Shown piece by piece: positions 13,090 to 26,060 of a stretch of 64,000 nt of DNA. Under the pieces are notes generated by a model that saw nothing but the letters and a program-made list of their open reading frames with translations, had not been told where the DNA came from and made no database searches. Made by a program: the position numbers and the translations under genes. Source of the stretch: Gordius albopunctatus. Lineage: Eukaryota. The stretch's first letter is position 1. Each line of letters starts with the position of its first letter. The stretch lies in assembly GCA_964276515.1 (NCBI GenBank), contig OZ193909.1, positions 1,612,001 to 1,676,000 of the forward strand. The letters run 5' to 3'.

Positions 13090-14230
13090 TGTGTATATAA
13101 ATAGTCCACGACTTTCCAGAAACAAACCACAGAAACGGATGAAAAGCCATAGCAGCTGCCCCCATCCAGGGCTGAAGAGAAATTCCGATCATAGGCTATA
13201 AAATGCCAGATGCCTCTGAGACAGCTATTAAATTGCAGACCGTGGCGAAAAAACAAATTTAGCCTGATCCGCTGTACTGTAACTTTGGAGAGCAACAGAG
13301 CTGAGTACACGTCTTGATAAACACTCAAATTTTGAGCCTTGGCTCCACGAAACTCGCTCATAAGGCTATATTCGTAATGAATGATATATTCAATTTTCTC
13401 TTTGGAAATTTGAAAGAAGTTATTGTGAATCAACACTATATCAACTACCTCTATGGCCATCTGTATCACTAGCGATGGCAATTCCTATATCGGCTTGGGT
13501 TGTGGTCGGTGAATCGTTAATTCCATCGCCAACCATAGCAACTAATCCTTCGGCCCTCTGCAAATCCTTGATTTGGCGACCTTGTGATTAGAAAAACCCT
13601 CGGCATAAACCTTCTTAGCAATGGATTATACCGTGAATTTATTATCGCCGGTCAGGAGAATGACTTGGATGTCCTTGCGTTTGAGCGCGTAGATCGCTAT
13701 GTGCGCTCCGGGTTTTATAATGTCCGAAATTCTGAGCATTCAAGTTACCACACCTTTAAACGAAGCCAAGACGACCGTATTGCCATTTTCTTCTTCCACC
13801 TTCATCAGTTCATCACCTTTGGGGTGGATTAAAAGTCCATTTCTGTGCATTCATTCCATATTACCAATCAATATCTCGTCGCTCAATTTGTAGGTAGTGT
13901 CAATATCGGAGTCCTAAGGTTGCTGGTGGTTTTCTATGATCCCGTATGATAGGAGAGAGAAAAACAGTTTACGATTTACATTGATTTGTTGGGGAAATAT
14001 GGAAGCGCTATTTAAATCCAGCGAATCCAGAGATTTTCTTAGTGGTGTTAATTTAGCGTATTTTAAATAGGTAAAACGTCGCATTTCAACCCACTCCCAG
14101 GATCGAATGAAAATTAAGGCAACGAGAACGACCAATATTTTCCCCATCTAAAACTATTTTAACGGAAAGGGTTATGGCCGAGGCTATGAGATGCTCGGAG
14201 TTAGATTCCACAATTCATATGCAGGTCAAA
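13090..14230 (-). pseudogene. ATP7: P1B-type copper-transporting ATPase (ATP7-like) C-terminal fragment, degenerate
   Basis: ESNSEHLIASAI (N-domain HP-motif region), [32 protein letters not shown] and LQPWMGAAAMA..SSVSVV. Multiple frameshifts and stops. Confidence 0.85.
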
Positions 14231-14279
14231 ACGTAAGCTAATCCCATACGAAAATCTTGCAACAATTTAATCAATTCTG

Positions 14280-14338
14280 CCACCTGCGGTTTGCGGCGAA
14301 GGACTGAGCCAAAGCAACGCTTGGCCGGGCACAGCTAG
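14280..14338 (+). mobile_element. Helitron 3' terminus
   Basis: GC-rich hairpin GCCAAAGCAACGCTTGGC (about 14308-14325), then about 9 nt, then CTAG (14335-14338) followed by T. The 5' end was not located. Confidence 0.55.
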
Positions 14339-15317
14339 TCTTATATATAAAAAACTAATTGATAAGAACTCCCACAAGCTAAATATCAAAATTAAGCTCT
14401 GTAAATAATTAATTTAAGATAACATACCTAATAGTTATAATTAATTTTTCTTCATGTGATATTGCATGCTAAAAAAGATAGGAATACATATGGTTCAAAT
14501 TAGTCTCTAATTAAAAGCGCAGATAGATGGCGCTAATTATAGGACACATTTAATTTAATTGAGGCACTCCTGAAAGGGGTTATTATTATCTTGTGATTAT
14601 TATCGAAAAACCTTTAATTTATTAACTAATTTCTAATAAGCTTTATTAACTAACTTCTAATATGCTTTTATAAATTTTTCTCTCTATGATTTTATTATTG
14701 AGTTATTAATGAAAACATATAAATAAAATGATTACCATGGTCATCCTGTTGCAGTTGAGGTTAAATTTGATTAACGTTTACGCAGACGAATTTTTATCAT
14801 CATGTTTGAACCAAAAACTTAATTTAATTTTTTAATTGCTATGCATTTTATCGACTCGCTTTTTTTGTCCGTCTGTCCAACGTTCTTACTTGCTGGTTCG
14901 ATACCCGGAGACGACAAGTTATTGTTCTTGTTAATACCATTGATTATATGACTTTTTGGCCATCCGCTGGCTACTGACCAATGAAAAAAATGACCATTGG
15001 CCAAAGTGAGATTAAAATCGATTTTTTTTCTTGATTATGATTATAGGCTAGTTATTTGGCTGTCTGCTAACCATTAGAAAAGATCACCACTGGCCAAAGT
15101 GATGGAAAATTTACGCATAATTAACTAATCAATTTGCAATTTAATACCCCCTTATAGGCATTCTCGCCCCTTCGCACCTTTCTCGCCCATAAATTGCATA
15201 GAAAATATGCTAATTTTGTACGGAGTATAGATGAGTTTCGTTCTCCCTTCCCCTCCTCTCCTTCCCCCCTCCCCCTTCCCACAAGGGCCGAAGACCCGTG
15301 TTTTAATATCATCTGGT

Positions 15318-16030
15318 TTAAAATTTAATTTCCATTAAGTCGTCAGCACTATCGTCTTCAGTTTCTCCAGGCCTGTTGGTATCAATGGCACTTGTACAAT
15401 CTCTCAACTGATCACTATGTTTCAGCATGTTTTTATCTAGTGTTTCCACTAAGTACGACCATGGACCGTTGCGTTTAATTATCTTCCCTGCTCTCCAACC
15501 ATTATTCACTTCGTTTTTTACCCATACTAATTGACCAGGAATGAATTCTCTATTTGTCGCATGCGCATCATGTCTCTTTTCCCGTTCCATAAATTTGTTT
15601 TGAGTAGGACGTATCCAGTCCAGACGTTTTGATATTTCTTCCAATTAACGCTTTTGATGGTGATCTTCCTGTAGAAGAGTGTTCACTGATGCGGTAGCTG
15701 ATGATAACCTCCATCATGCAATCTTCCGGATCAGAGTTGTATTCGCGTGTAGCTGCATAACGTGATTTCAACGTCCTAATGGCTCTTTCGACGAGGCCAT
15801 TGGTTTTCGGGTGATATGGTGCTGCTTTAATGTGCTTAATATGCTTTTGGGCGCAAAATACTTCCATGTCCTCGCTTCGAAACTGAGGTCCATTGTCTGT
15901 TACCATTTGCTTGGGAACTCCCCACCTCGCAAACCACTCTCGTAATTTCTTTAATGTGATGAATAGTTGAACTTCCCAATAACACCGTTTCGATCCATTT
16001 TGAATAAGAATCCACAGCAACCAGCCAATA
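15318..16030 (-). mobile_element. Gypsy (Mag-like) integrase fragment
   Basis: FARWGVPKQMVTDNGPQF, PYHPKTNGLVER and a C-terminal WVKNE...GPWSYLV..HSDQLR. Frameshifted; related to the integrase at 41000-41620. Confidence 0.85.
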
Positions 16031-16368
16031 TGTTATCTAGGACAATCTTTAAATTAGAGACTAATTTGGCTACATTTATCCCATCTTTTTTAGATTGTGA
16101 CTCGAAAATAATAACAGACATATAACGTTTTCGCACTTATTTGAGCTCATCAGTATGCATAGTTAATTTTCTAGCCACATACTAATCGAATGTATAAATA
16201 TATATAGGGCTAAATTAGATTGAGTTCACTTATATGGTGGTTAATGATAAAGCTTTATACCCCCCCCCATAAATTTCATTTTGTTTTATAAATCTCCATT
16301 TGGCAGCTCAATGACTTGATCCACGTTCTGGTAAAATTTTAAGTGGCAAAGAATAATATAGTGGAAAG

Positions 16369-16569
16369 TAGTGTTGTAAAAAGGCCTGGGTTTTGTTTGG
16401 TGGACCCTTGCTTCAACTAAAACTAACTCTCGACTCTGGTTTCTTTTTCAAACTTGGAGTAAGCCTAGAGGCTGAGAAAGCAAAACAAACACAAAAAACT
16501 TTTGGTCTGTTTAGTTTAGTCGACTAAAACCAAGAATTGATCATACAAAACCCAGCCGTTATTACATTA
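16369..16569. mobile_element. hAT-type MITE
   Basis: Imperfect TIRs TAGTGTTGTAAAAAGGC / GCCGTTATTACATTA. Perfect 8-bp TSD GTGGAAAG (16361-16368, 16570-16577). Confidence 0.75.
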
Positions 16570-16823
16570 GTGGAAAGGGATGTAAACTAGCCTTTTCTCA
16601 ACAATGATGCAGCGCTTATTTGATGATCTCCTACACTTACAGATTTTAAAGATCTCTCAATTAATTTTTATAAGCGATAAAAAAATGAAAATTCTATACA
16701 ATTAGAAGGGTAAGGCGTATTTGAAAAGTGGCGTAGAACATAAACAGAATCCTTCAATTTGCTATTTATTCCTTTTGTCGCTTAAGCTGGTTCAATAACG
16801 CCTTTGTATGTATTCTTACCCAC

Positions 16824-16973
16824 TAGTGTTGTAAAAACGGCTGCATTTGGTTTTAGTCGACTAAACATAAACAAAGCAAATGTTCATTAGTCTATTTTAT
16901 TAGTCGACCTCTAGGCTGAGTCCAGGTTTGAAAAACAGACCAGAAAAAAAACACAACCGTTTTTATAATACTA
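16824..16973. mobile_element. hAT-type MITE, same family as 16369-16569, opposite orientation
   Basis: TIRs TAGTGTTGTAAAAACGG / CCGTTTTTATAATACTA, shared internal GTCGACTAAA. Degenerate TSD TTACCCAC / GTACCCAA. Confidence 0.65.
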
Positions 16974-17587
16974 GTACCCAATACCTTAGGAAAATTGTTA
17001 AGTTTTAAGAAATACAATAACTTCTAAATATTATCTTTAAAATCTGTATATTTTTATTTAACATTTCCACCTATGAAATTAGTGTTGTTTGAGATTTAGA
17101 GACAATATGCTTAAATACTTGAAAAACTATTTAAAAAACGTAAAAGAACATAATTTGTATATTTTTATCATAGAACAGAATACATAATCATAAAAGAGCA
17201 TAGAAAATAAATATGGTGTAGGCAATAGGGTTGACCACGTCAAAAAGATGAATAAGAAAAAAGCCAAGGTTTAAATTAAAGACAACGGCGTAAATCGTAC
17301 AAAGCATATAAACGAAATAGCGAGAGTCACATATCATATAGGAGATATGAAATTTAAAGAACATTAATTTTAACAAGCAACACTTGACATTTCCATAAGA
17401 TATATATTTATAACTGTTTCAGGTTAGATAGCAAAGAGACATGATGAGCTTGAACAAGATGATATTGATCATACACAGCTAGGTTACAAAGATAGACTTT
17501 CATTTTCAATTAAGAATTGTAGAATTTTCACCAACATATTTTGAAGTATCTTAGCCCAGTAGGGCTAAACTTTGAAATAGAATGGTA

Positions 17588-20500
17588 TCAATTGCAGGCT
17601 AAGCGATTGCCGATAGAGCGGGAGCGTATTAAGTGGTTGTGAATGTCCACGTCACTTTCCGAACTAGTGCTTTCTCTCCGACGACGGTCGGCGAGTTGTT
17701 CTAACTTGTCAAAGCTTCTTCCCAACAACTCCAAGCTGGTACTTCTCTTAATTTTAGCCACAAAGCTATCGAAAGACAAAGTAGACCCATGAGAGGGCAC
17801 GTTGTCTCGCAAAAGCGTGGTGGCAAAGGCTGCTCCTATTTTTGGCTTAAAGTCTTTCGTAGTAAATGATAGCGATCGCGTTTTAGGCCTAGCGAAACAA
17901 TAGTCCCGATCAAGTAGAGACGATTTGTCGGTCTCATTTGTTTCTGGCCGATTGCTCTTGATTTTTATCTTCTTGTTAGCCGGAGCTCCGGGTAATATCA
18001 ACAAGGCAGGTGGCCTGGTCTTAAAACTACTTTCGTCTCGGAATAAGGATTTGGTGGCGTCTATGACGGCTTTCAGGTTGAACGACGAGTAATTCTTAGT
18101 AGCGTCACTCTAAAATATTTAAAGAATCAATTGTAGCCACAATAATTATAGATGCACAAAAAAAATTGCGAATCCCATGAGTAATTAGGAGCTCGCAATT
18201 TTCTACGGGGCAATGTATTAATCGGGGGTGTTTTATAGATATATAGTAAAGCGGTACACGCACTCACACTTTTTATTTTAGGTGTATCAGACCGGGTAAG
18301 TGATGGGGAGCACGATAGGGTTACGGCCCGCAACGTTATTAAGCCAGTTTCGTCTTCGGAATCGATTAGCCTATTATGAACGGTACCGTTATCCCCGTCG
18401 TGGTGATCTAAGAGAGTAACGCTTTCACACGCGTTATCAAATAGATCGGTCGTAGTGTCGGGAGAAGCCGGTCTCTCCCGTTGCAACCTAAATGACAGAG
18501 GCGATACCATAGTGGGTGATGCCATGGCGTCTTCGTGGTCTTCGTTGTTAGTAGTTTCTTGGTAACCCGACCACCGTCCGTACACAGGATACTGGTATGG
18601 CAGTAGTGAATTGACGGGAAGAGATGTAACCTGGTGATTCAATAAGTTTGATTCCTCGTCGAGCTGAGCTGCTATGTTGCTGCCACTGCCCCTCAACTTA
18701 GGGGAAATAGATATGGGTGGGCTTAGCACTTTTTTTCGCGACAACAACTTTTGATAAGTGCTAGCCGCGGAGGACGAGCCATGCTTGAAAGAACGCGTTT
18801 TAGATTGAGCGCCTACGTTGCAAGTACGCGTTTCCTTGGCCGTAAAGGAGAATTGAAGATCGAGAAATTTTCCGCTAACATAATCGGATGAGGCATTTGA
18901 GCATGGGGAATCGTCGGTTAAATTTTGAAAGGATGGATTGTTCCAGAGTGCCCTGCTACCGCTATAGGTTAATGCGTTATTCTCAGACAACCCCTTCGAC
19001 GGAGAAATATTTTCTCGCTTAATTATCTGTTTGGAACCGGGTGGTCTTTCTATGATTTTAGGGTCCTTGAAAAATGCACCACTCACTTTGTTGGGGATGA
19101 ATTTGGCCATAACTCTGCCACTTTTCTTATTTCTCCCAATGGAATGATCCAAATTTTGCGTGTGATTGTTATAATGATGATACGAGGATGGTTCACCTAT
19201 GGGTTCGGCCGGTCGGCAAAATACGCTTTTACCATTGATTTCAAACGATTCCCCATACAGACTGTGGGCCGTGTCCCAGTCTAGGAAGGTAACGAAAGCG
19301 TAATTTTTGGTCGGTACAAAAAAGACGTCTACAACTCGGGTATCAAAAGATGATTCAAAAAAGGTTTTTAAATCTTCGGCCGTCATGCTATTATCTACGC
19401 CCCCAACGAATATTTTAGATCCGGACACAGCGGCATTACCACCCTATCATATAATAATTAACTTATTATATAGAATACGAATATTAAAATAACATCATTA
19501 ATCCAGAAGTTTAAGCATGAAAGTCTAGCCAGGAAAAGTCAAGCCCCCTGCCCCTTTAAATTAAAAAAATATTTTTTAATGAAATGAATTTTGAATAAAA
19601 CATCAATTTGCCTCACCCTAAATTCATTTGGCATCCCACCCCTCTAAGAATTCTAGCTAGGCCCAAGCCCATTCAAATTAGTATTCATAACATTTTCAAA
19701 AATGTTATATAAATATATTAGACTTGCATTTATTTCTGAACACTTGTTTTATATTTAGGCTAGTTAAAAAATCATCATTCTTTTAAACGTGTAACCAAGA
19801 TAAATTTAAGATGGAAATGATAATTTAAATAGATTGTGCCTGTTATTTCATCTAAAAGTTTAATCTCAAAAAGCAATAATTTAGTATTTACCTTAAGCCC
19901 TTATCTTAGCTATTTTAACAACTGCAAACGCTATCATTAAAAAATTACACAAACAAAATAATATTAAAAAAATCAAATTTTCTGAATTTATAATTCTAAA
20001 GTGCAGAGAGATATTTCTTCAATTAAGAAAATGATTTGTTAATTTAAATCATAAAATTTAACAACATATTTACCTTTGAGTCAGGTAGTTTAACAACACA
20101 CCATCGACCATCAATATTAATTTTTTTCATTAAAACCTTTAATTGTGATTCATATGAAGAAAATCGTATAAATCCATATCCTTTGGATTTACCACTTTTC
20201 AGATCTCTTTTTACCTAATACATAAATGCAATTCAAATTTATATTTACCTCTGCCAATATTACATCCCCATATGGCAAAAAAGCTTTTTTCAATGAATCC
20301 CCTGTTGTATTAGGGTTGAGCCCAAGAACAATTAAATCATTACATTTTTTAGGGAAAGTCTTTTTACGCACTTTCATAGCATCCTCATTGATACAATCAT
20401 CTATTTTTCTTTTATTTTCTAGAAACATAGAGTTTATCTATTTTAAATATACCTTTTATTTGAACCACATTATATTGAATATTATGCCAATCAGGAACAT

Positions 20501-20690
20501 CCTTAGGAGGGTATATTTTTTTGTCTTCAATCCTTAAAGCTCGCCAGTATCCAGTCGGCCCTTGATACTTTAGCCCAGAGGCTCCAACAAATTGAGAAAT
20601 TAAAGTATTCAAGCTTATGGTTTCATCTTCTTCAGTTGGTATTTCAACAATATTCCCTAAATCGTCCGCAACGCGAACATATTTTTCCAT
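17588..20690 (-). CDS. TARDBP: TAR DNA-binding protein 43 homologue (NTD, RRM1, RRM2, long Ser/Pro-rich tail), about 748 aa, 5 coding exons
   Basis: Exons 20690-20453, 20418-20249, 20214-20074, 19443-18268 and 18109-17588 join in frame at GT..AG sites. [18 protein letters not shown]...[13 protein letters not shown]-like NKRKID, RRM1 DLIVLGL / [13 protein letters not shown]2 KIFVGG / YAFVTF. Confidence 0.9.
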
Positions 20691-21319
20691 CACCTGATTA
20701 TGTATGTATGCAAACGCGTGTTTGCCCCTAGAGCCCCTAAAAGATCGGAGGTTTAACTCCTTCCTAGATCAAAATTTCCATATATGATATTAGTGTCGTA
20801 TATATGAATAGGTATTTTTTTATATCATTATCTACAGATTATATTATTGCTATAATTATATAGTTTAATATTGTAAGCCAAAATCCGAGTTGGCAGAAAA
20901 ACATATGTTGTAATTTACATATAATTATACTTTGTAGTTTTCTATTATTTTAACAATGACTTTTGAACTTAACACATTTGTATTCAATACTCTATGCATT
21001 TATTTAATCCTTAAATGTTTGTTAATAACTATGGGTATGGGTGTAGTTTATTGAAACAATTCATATGAAAAATATTGCCTATTTCACTTCTGGTCAAAAG
21101 AAATAATGGACAAAATCCTTAAAACCAATCAAAACACTTAATAAATTTGTGCTCGTACGACATAACATATAAACTTCGAAAACCAATCATTTGATTGCTC
21201 GAATTATAAATTTTATTACCGTTCATTTCAAATTTTGCCAATACACTTTTTAATTTGCCAATTGTGGAATCTCCTGTTGTTGGAACATCTATTCTGATTA
21301 TTGTTGGAAATCCCCAAGT

Positions 21320-21735
21320 TAAGCAATCTGCTTACCCAATTCTGAATTTACTTGATTCATTGTTGATACTGTTATAGCATCATCTCTATATGTTGTTCGT
21401 ACACCCATACCAAATGTGCGATTTCCAAGATTGTCTGGAACCTCTCAAATTAGGCAATCTGCTTGCCCACTATGAATTTACTTGATTCATAGTTTATATT
21501 GTTATAGCATCATCTTTATATGTTGTTCATACACCCATACCAAATGTGCAATTTCCAAAATTTTCTGAAACCTCTCAAATTAGGCAATCTGCTTGCCCAA
21601 GTATGAATTTACTTGATTCATTGTTTATATTATTATAGCATCATCTTTATATGTTGTTCGTACACCCATACCAAATGAACAATTTCCAAGATTGTCTGGA
21701 ACCTCTCAAATGAGGCAATCTGCTTGCCCAAGTAT
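21320..21735 (+). repeat. About 130-bp tandem repeat, 3-4 copies, inside the MULE
   Basis: GCAATCTGCTT recurs at about 21322, 21454, 21584 and 21715. Confidence 0.85.
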
Positions 21736-23269
21736 ATTCATAGCTCACCTATTTTATTATATTTTTCTAGGCTCTTCTTCATCTACCATAAGTTCTATGA
21801 GCTCAAGTGGTAAAATGATTATTTTAAATGTTTCTCATTAATATTTTAAAAGGTCCTTCAATTGAAGATGCACTAATTTTTGTTGATGCCACCAATCAGA
21901 TGGAAGCTATCACATAAATAATTTTTATTTTATTTTTAGAACAAACTCATATTTATATTAAATCCCAAAAAGGAGGATCAATCCTTTATTACTCTTCCTA
22001 CCTGTATGTTAAGAACAGGAAGATGCCCAACAAAGTTTATTACAAGTGCCGAAAGTCAGCTTGTCCAGTAACAGCCTCGGAAGTGAATTTTATTATTCCT
22101 GTTAATCGTCAGCACAACCATGAACCTGCGAGGGAAGAGTATGAATGTCTTGTTACGATAAGGGCACTTAAAGACGTTGTTGTTGCAAGCCCTACTAAGA
22201 AAATTAGTAGGATAACGTGAAAACCGAGATTAATCTTTTGCAGATTGATCAAGGTCGCATTTTATATTATATAAATAATCGCGTCCGTGAAAAGAATTCA
22301 CAAATTAGCACCCTACTCGCCTCGTACAATGATGTTTCGCGCGATATTGATATTTCCAATTATAACGACAATATCTCTAGTCTTGTTTCCTATAGTTACG
22401 ACTCGCGGTATTATAATTTTTCGGATTCGCCGTCAATCTTTATATCCAATAATATTTCTAATAATCTATCCGATGAAAGAGACACTAGCGACTTCACTGA
22501 AGCTAGTGAATCTGAGAAATAAATCATACACAGAAATTGTGAATAAATTTTAAAATCTATTTCTTATATATTTTGTAAAATAGTGAATCCAAATTATGTC
22601 TTAGGTTATCATCAGGTCCCGCTTGATTTTAACGAAAAAATAGTTTAGTCTTGTTAACAACTTTAAAAGGACGATATAAAACCAAGCTAAATCTAAAACT
22701 GCTTATATGATTTTAAATTATAATACTATGGGGTTTCTCATACCCCATAAGTACTCTTAAGGGTTTTTAAAATACCCAGAAAATTTTATTTATTAAACTA
22801 TCTACGAACGTCGGAGAATTATCTCGCAAATTAAATAAAATCTAAATTATTGGGGACTAAAACATTTTTTATATCTTCGTATAGGGGGATGATCATTATT
22901 TCTTATTTTCTTTATTTAGCTTGAGTATTTTACTTCGCAGGCAATAAGCAATAAAAATCAATTTAAGTATTTATATCTTAAAGGACTAAAAATCGTAACT
23001 CATCATAAATAGGAGTAAAAATTACGCGTATGTGTGTGGGCGGACGTATATATAAGTTATCGCTTAACACACGTAAGGGGGTGGGGCGTAACGGGGTGGC
23101 ACAGGGTTAATAAATACATTTAAAATTTTTTATTTTTATATCTTGCAACTTATCTTTTATTCAGAATAATTTGTGTACCCATATTTTGTTTTGTATAATT
23201 CACTATTTATTTTTATTGCCCAATAAAATGTTAAAAACTATATAGCATTACATTTTATTATGTCCTTGC

Positions 23270-23700
23270 ACAAACTTCCGTTTATCCATTTATAATATAG
23301 TTATTAGTATGACTATAGACGTGTTAAATTGGAAAAATATATATATTGCTACAATTTATTATATAATTGCATATACTCATTAACTAATCACAAAATTACC
23401 TTTATTCACTTATAATATAGGTATTAGTATGGCTATAGACGTTATGATAAATTAGAAAACTATATATTATTACAATTTATTATATGCTTGCATATATTGA
23501 GTAACTAATCACAAAGTTACCTTTATTCACCTATAATATAGGTATTAGTATGGCTACAGACATTTTCATGTTAATGCATGGAATATAAGACTATATATTA
23601 TTAAAATGTATTATTTGCTTGCATATATTCATTAACTAATCCCAAAGTTACGTTTATCTAGTTATAATATAGGTTTTAGTATGGCCATAGACGTTTTTAT
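23270..23700 (+). repeat. About 120-130-bp degenerate tandem repeat, subterminal in the MULE
   Basis: TATAATATAG(G)T.TTAGTATG.C.A.AGAC recurs four times. Confidence 0.75.
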
Positions 23701-24269
23701 GTTAGCGCATTTATTAGAGAACTATATTGTATTACAATATACGCTATCTTATATTTATTATGCAATATACTATTGAGTATTTATTAATTTAAACATATAT
23801 TTAATATATATAATTATTATAATTTATATTTTCTATTATTTTATTTATTTACGATTTTGTATCTAGTTTGGAAATGTGTTATTTATTATGTCCATTAGTG
23901 ATTATGGGTCCGAATCGCCTATTTTCATATTTCAAGGTTTTAATTAAATAAGGTGTCAACGTATCGGGCTATAATAACGAGGATCCGTATATCAAAAATA
24001 TATAATAAATTTGTAAACGAATATTAAACAATAACCTAACCAGGGGCATATTGATCGTCGGTGCTAATTGAGCCTGAGGAAGATAAAATAAAAATTATTT
24101 ATATCTTTCTCTAAGTCTCATATATTTAAAAAATTTTCTGATATCCATTCGTCTCATTAGTGTATCGCCCAAATTAAAATAACCACTAAAAATTACTGAA
24201 TTAAAAAATATAAAGAAAAAACATTTAAGACATCATACTGTAAATTATTATTTCTTGCAATAAATTATT

Positions 24270-25035
24270 GTTTGATGGCTCAGGTCACGAATGGCTAGAG
24301 GTCTACACAAGTTGTGTCGGATGATGCTGGAGGACTCGGAACTTTCGTACTCCATAGCTCTCAGGCTAAGTGTGAAATTTTCGAACCCATTTATTTGACG
24401 AAATTATAGCATACTCTTAGACGAACAAGCCAGGCACCCCTTACACTATCTGGCAAACAAATTCAAATATGTTAGACACAATAAGGTTAATACCTTAATT
24501 CAAAGTGCTCTGGAGAGGGCAAAGATCCCATCCATCTTGGAGCCATCGGACGCCTCCTTGGAGAGACGTATCTGTCCTTATGGATCTTCTTTAACCTCAT
24601 GGAGCAATGGTCTTCACCTTGAATGGGACTTCACATGTATAGATCTATTTGCCCCTCTAAATATAACAATAATTTTTTAGCTGTTGCAGAGGGGCAGAAA
24701 TAAATACAAAGCTCTATTATCCTCAAACATTTGTATTCCATTGGTTGCTTCGTGTTCAGACACCTTTGGCAAACAGGCCTTAGCTTTTTTTAAAGAGGTA
24801 GGAAGACGTTATCCCCCGTGTAAACACTCGGTATCCTTTTTACTTAAAAAAAGACTCGATATTCTTATAGCCAAGTACAATTCTAAATCATTCGCGGAAC
24901 CTTGGTACATTTTGGAAGATTCCCTTGATGATGCTTTATCAAAATAGTTTATCGTTTCATTTGACGCATTTTGTGTTTTATATTTCATGTATTTATATTT
25001 TTCGTATTCCTAAGAGGATACGAATAAAAATAATT
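24270..25035 (+). mobile_element. CRE-clade non-LTR 3' fragment, degenerate
   Basis: DGSGHEWLE, ALRLS, RHNKVN, LEPS..., WDFTC. Near-identical copy at 57970-58737. Confidence 0.78.
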
Positions 25036-26060
25036 TGAAGGATAAACAGGAATCTAATGGAAGAATTGACGAAAGGATAAGGGAATATATTGAGACGGGG
25101 GGAAAACCTTTTCCCCCGTTAAGAATAGTATTAATTTTACTAACCCTTACATGTCAGTTTCATTCAGTTTATTAATTATAAAACCAAGACAACAAAATTA
25201 TAATAATTAATTGAAAACGCGTTATCAAATTCAATGATGCGTATTGATAGAAATAACACACACGTATAAGCGCGTAAGGAGGGGGGAAGAACACACACGT
25301 AAATAAAATTAAATGTAAAAGTACCGCGTTTGATGTGGTATGGTTAGTGATGCGGAAAAACCGAGAAAAATTTCGGAGACAAGACGAGAATTTGAAAAAT
25401 GGAGCTCGAATTTTTATCGATCGTTAGATTTTAGTAAATTATCTGGTATTTTAATTTGCATGATTTACATTTAAGTTATTAAGTGTAAATCAATATGTAT
25501 AAAATATATTTGATTTTAAAAAATTCCTAAGTGTAGTAAATATCATATATTTTTGCAAAAAACCTAAGTAAGGTTGATCCATAGGGTATGTTAATAATTT
25601 TATAATATCTTTATCAGCTGTTTGTATCCTGTTAGGATCAGTAACCTTTTTCATGCGTGTATTATTAGGACAACTACCATTTTGTTTATAATGTAACGAA
25701 TAGACAAAGTATCTGGTTGTATCATATGGTTCATATCACCTTATCTTTTCTATTTGTATAACCTGACATACCGCGAGAGATATAAAAATTTGAATATTGT
25801 TGGTGGAAACGTTTTTATTTGGAATATTGTAAAACTGCATATATATATATATATTATATTTCGCGACATACACTGAATAAACCAATAAAGCCCTCAAGGA
25901 TTAAATACTGGTGTCAGAAGAAAAATAAATACTGGTGTCAGAAGAAAAATAAATACTGGTATCAGAAGAAAAATATTTTGTGAAAGGTAATATCTTTTAG
26001 TATTATTTTATTATAACAATTATTTGAGTTAAAATAGTGATAATAATTAGTCACACTTGT

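Larger units (their letters stand above)
21085..23916 (+). mobile_element. MULE-like transposon (FLYWCH remnant, internal deletion, subterminal tandem repeats)
   Basis: FLYWCH-like SQKGGSILYYSSYLY..YYKCRKSACP..HNHEP at about 21960-22130. Flanking GCCTATTT duplication (21077-21084, 23917-23924) and imperfect TIRs sharing TAATGGACA. An empty-site paralogue lies at about 57586. Confidence 0.75.

Noticed and set aside
13090..14230. Bacterial horizontal transfer of a CopA-like gene
   Set aside because: LQPWMGAAAMA..SSVSVV matches animal ATP7, and the lack of introns alone is not evidence of transfer.
21320..21735. Regularly spaced repeats (also 10971-11432, 12120-12580, 23270-23700) as a possible CRISPR array
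   Set aside because: Whole units are repeated with no unique spacers, there are no cas genes, the context is eukaryotic, and all lie inside MULEs.
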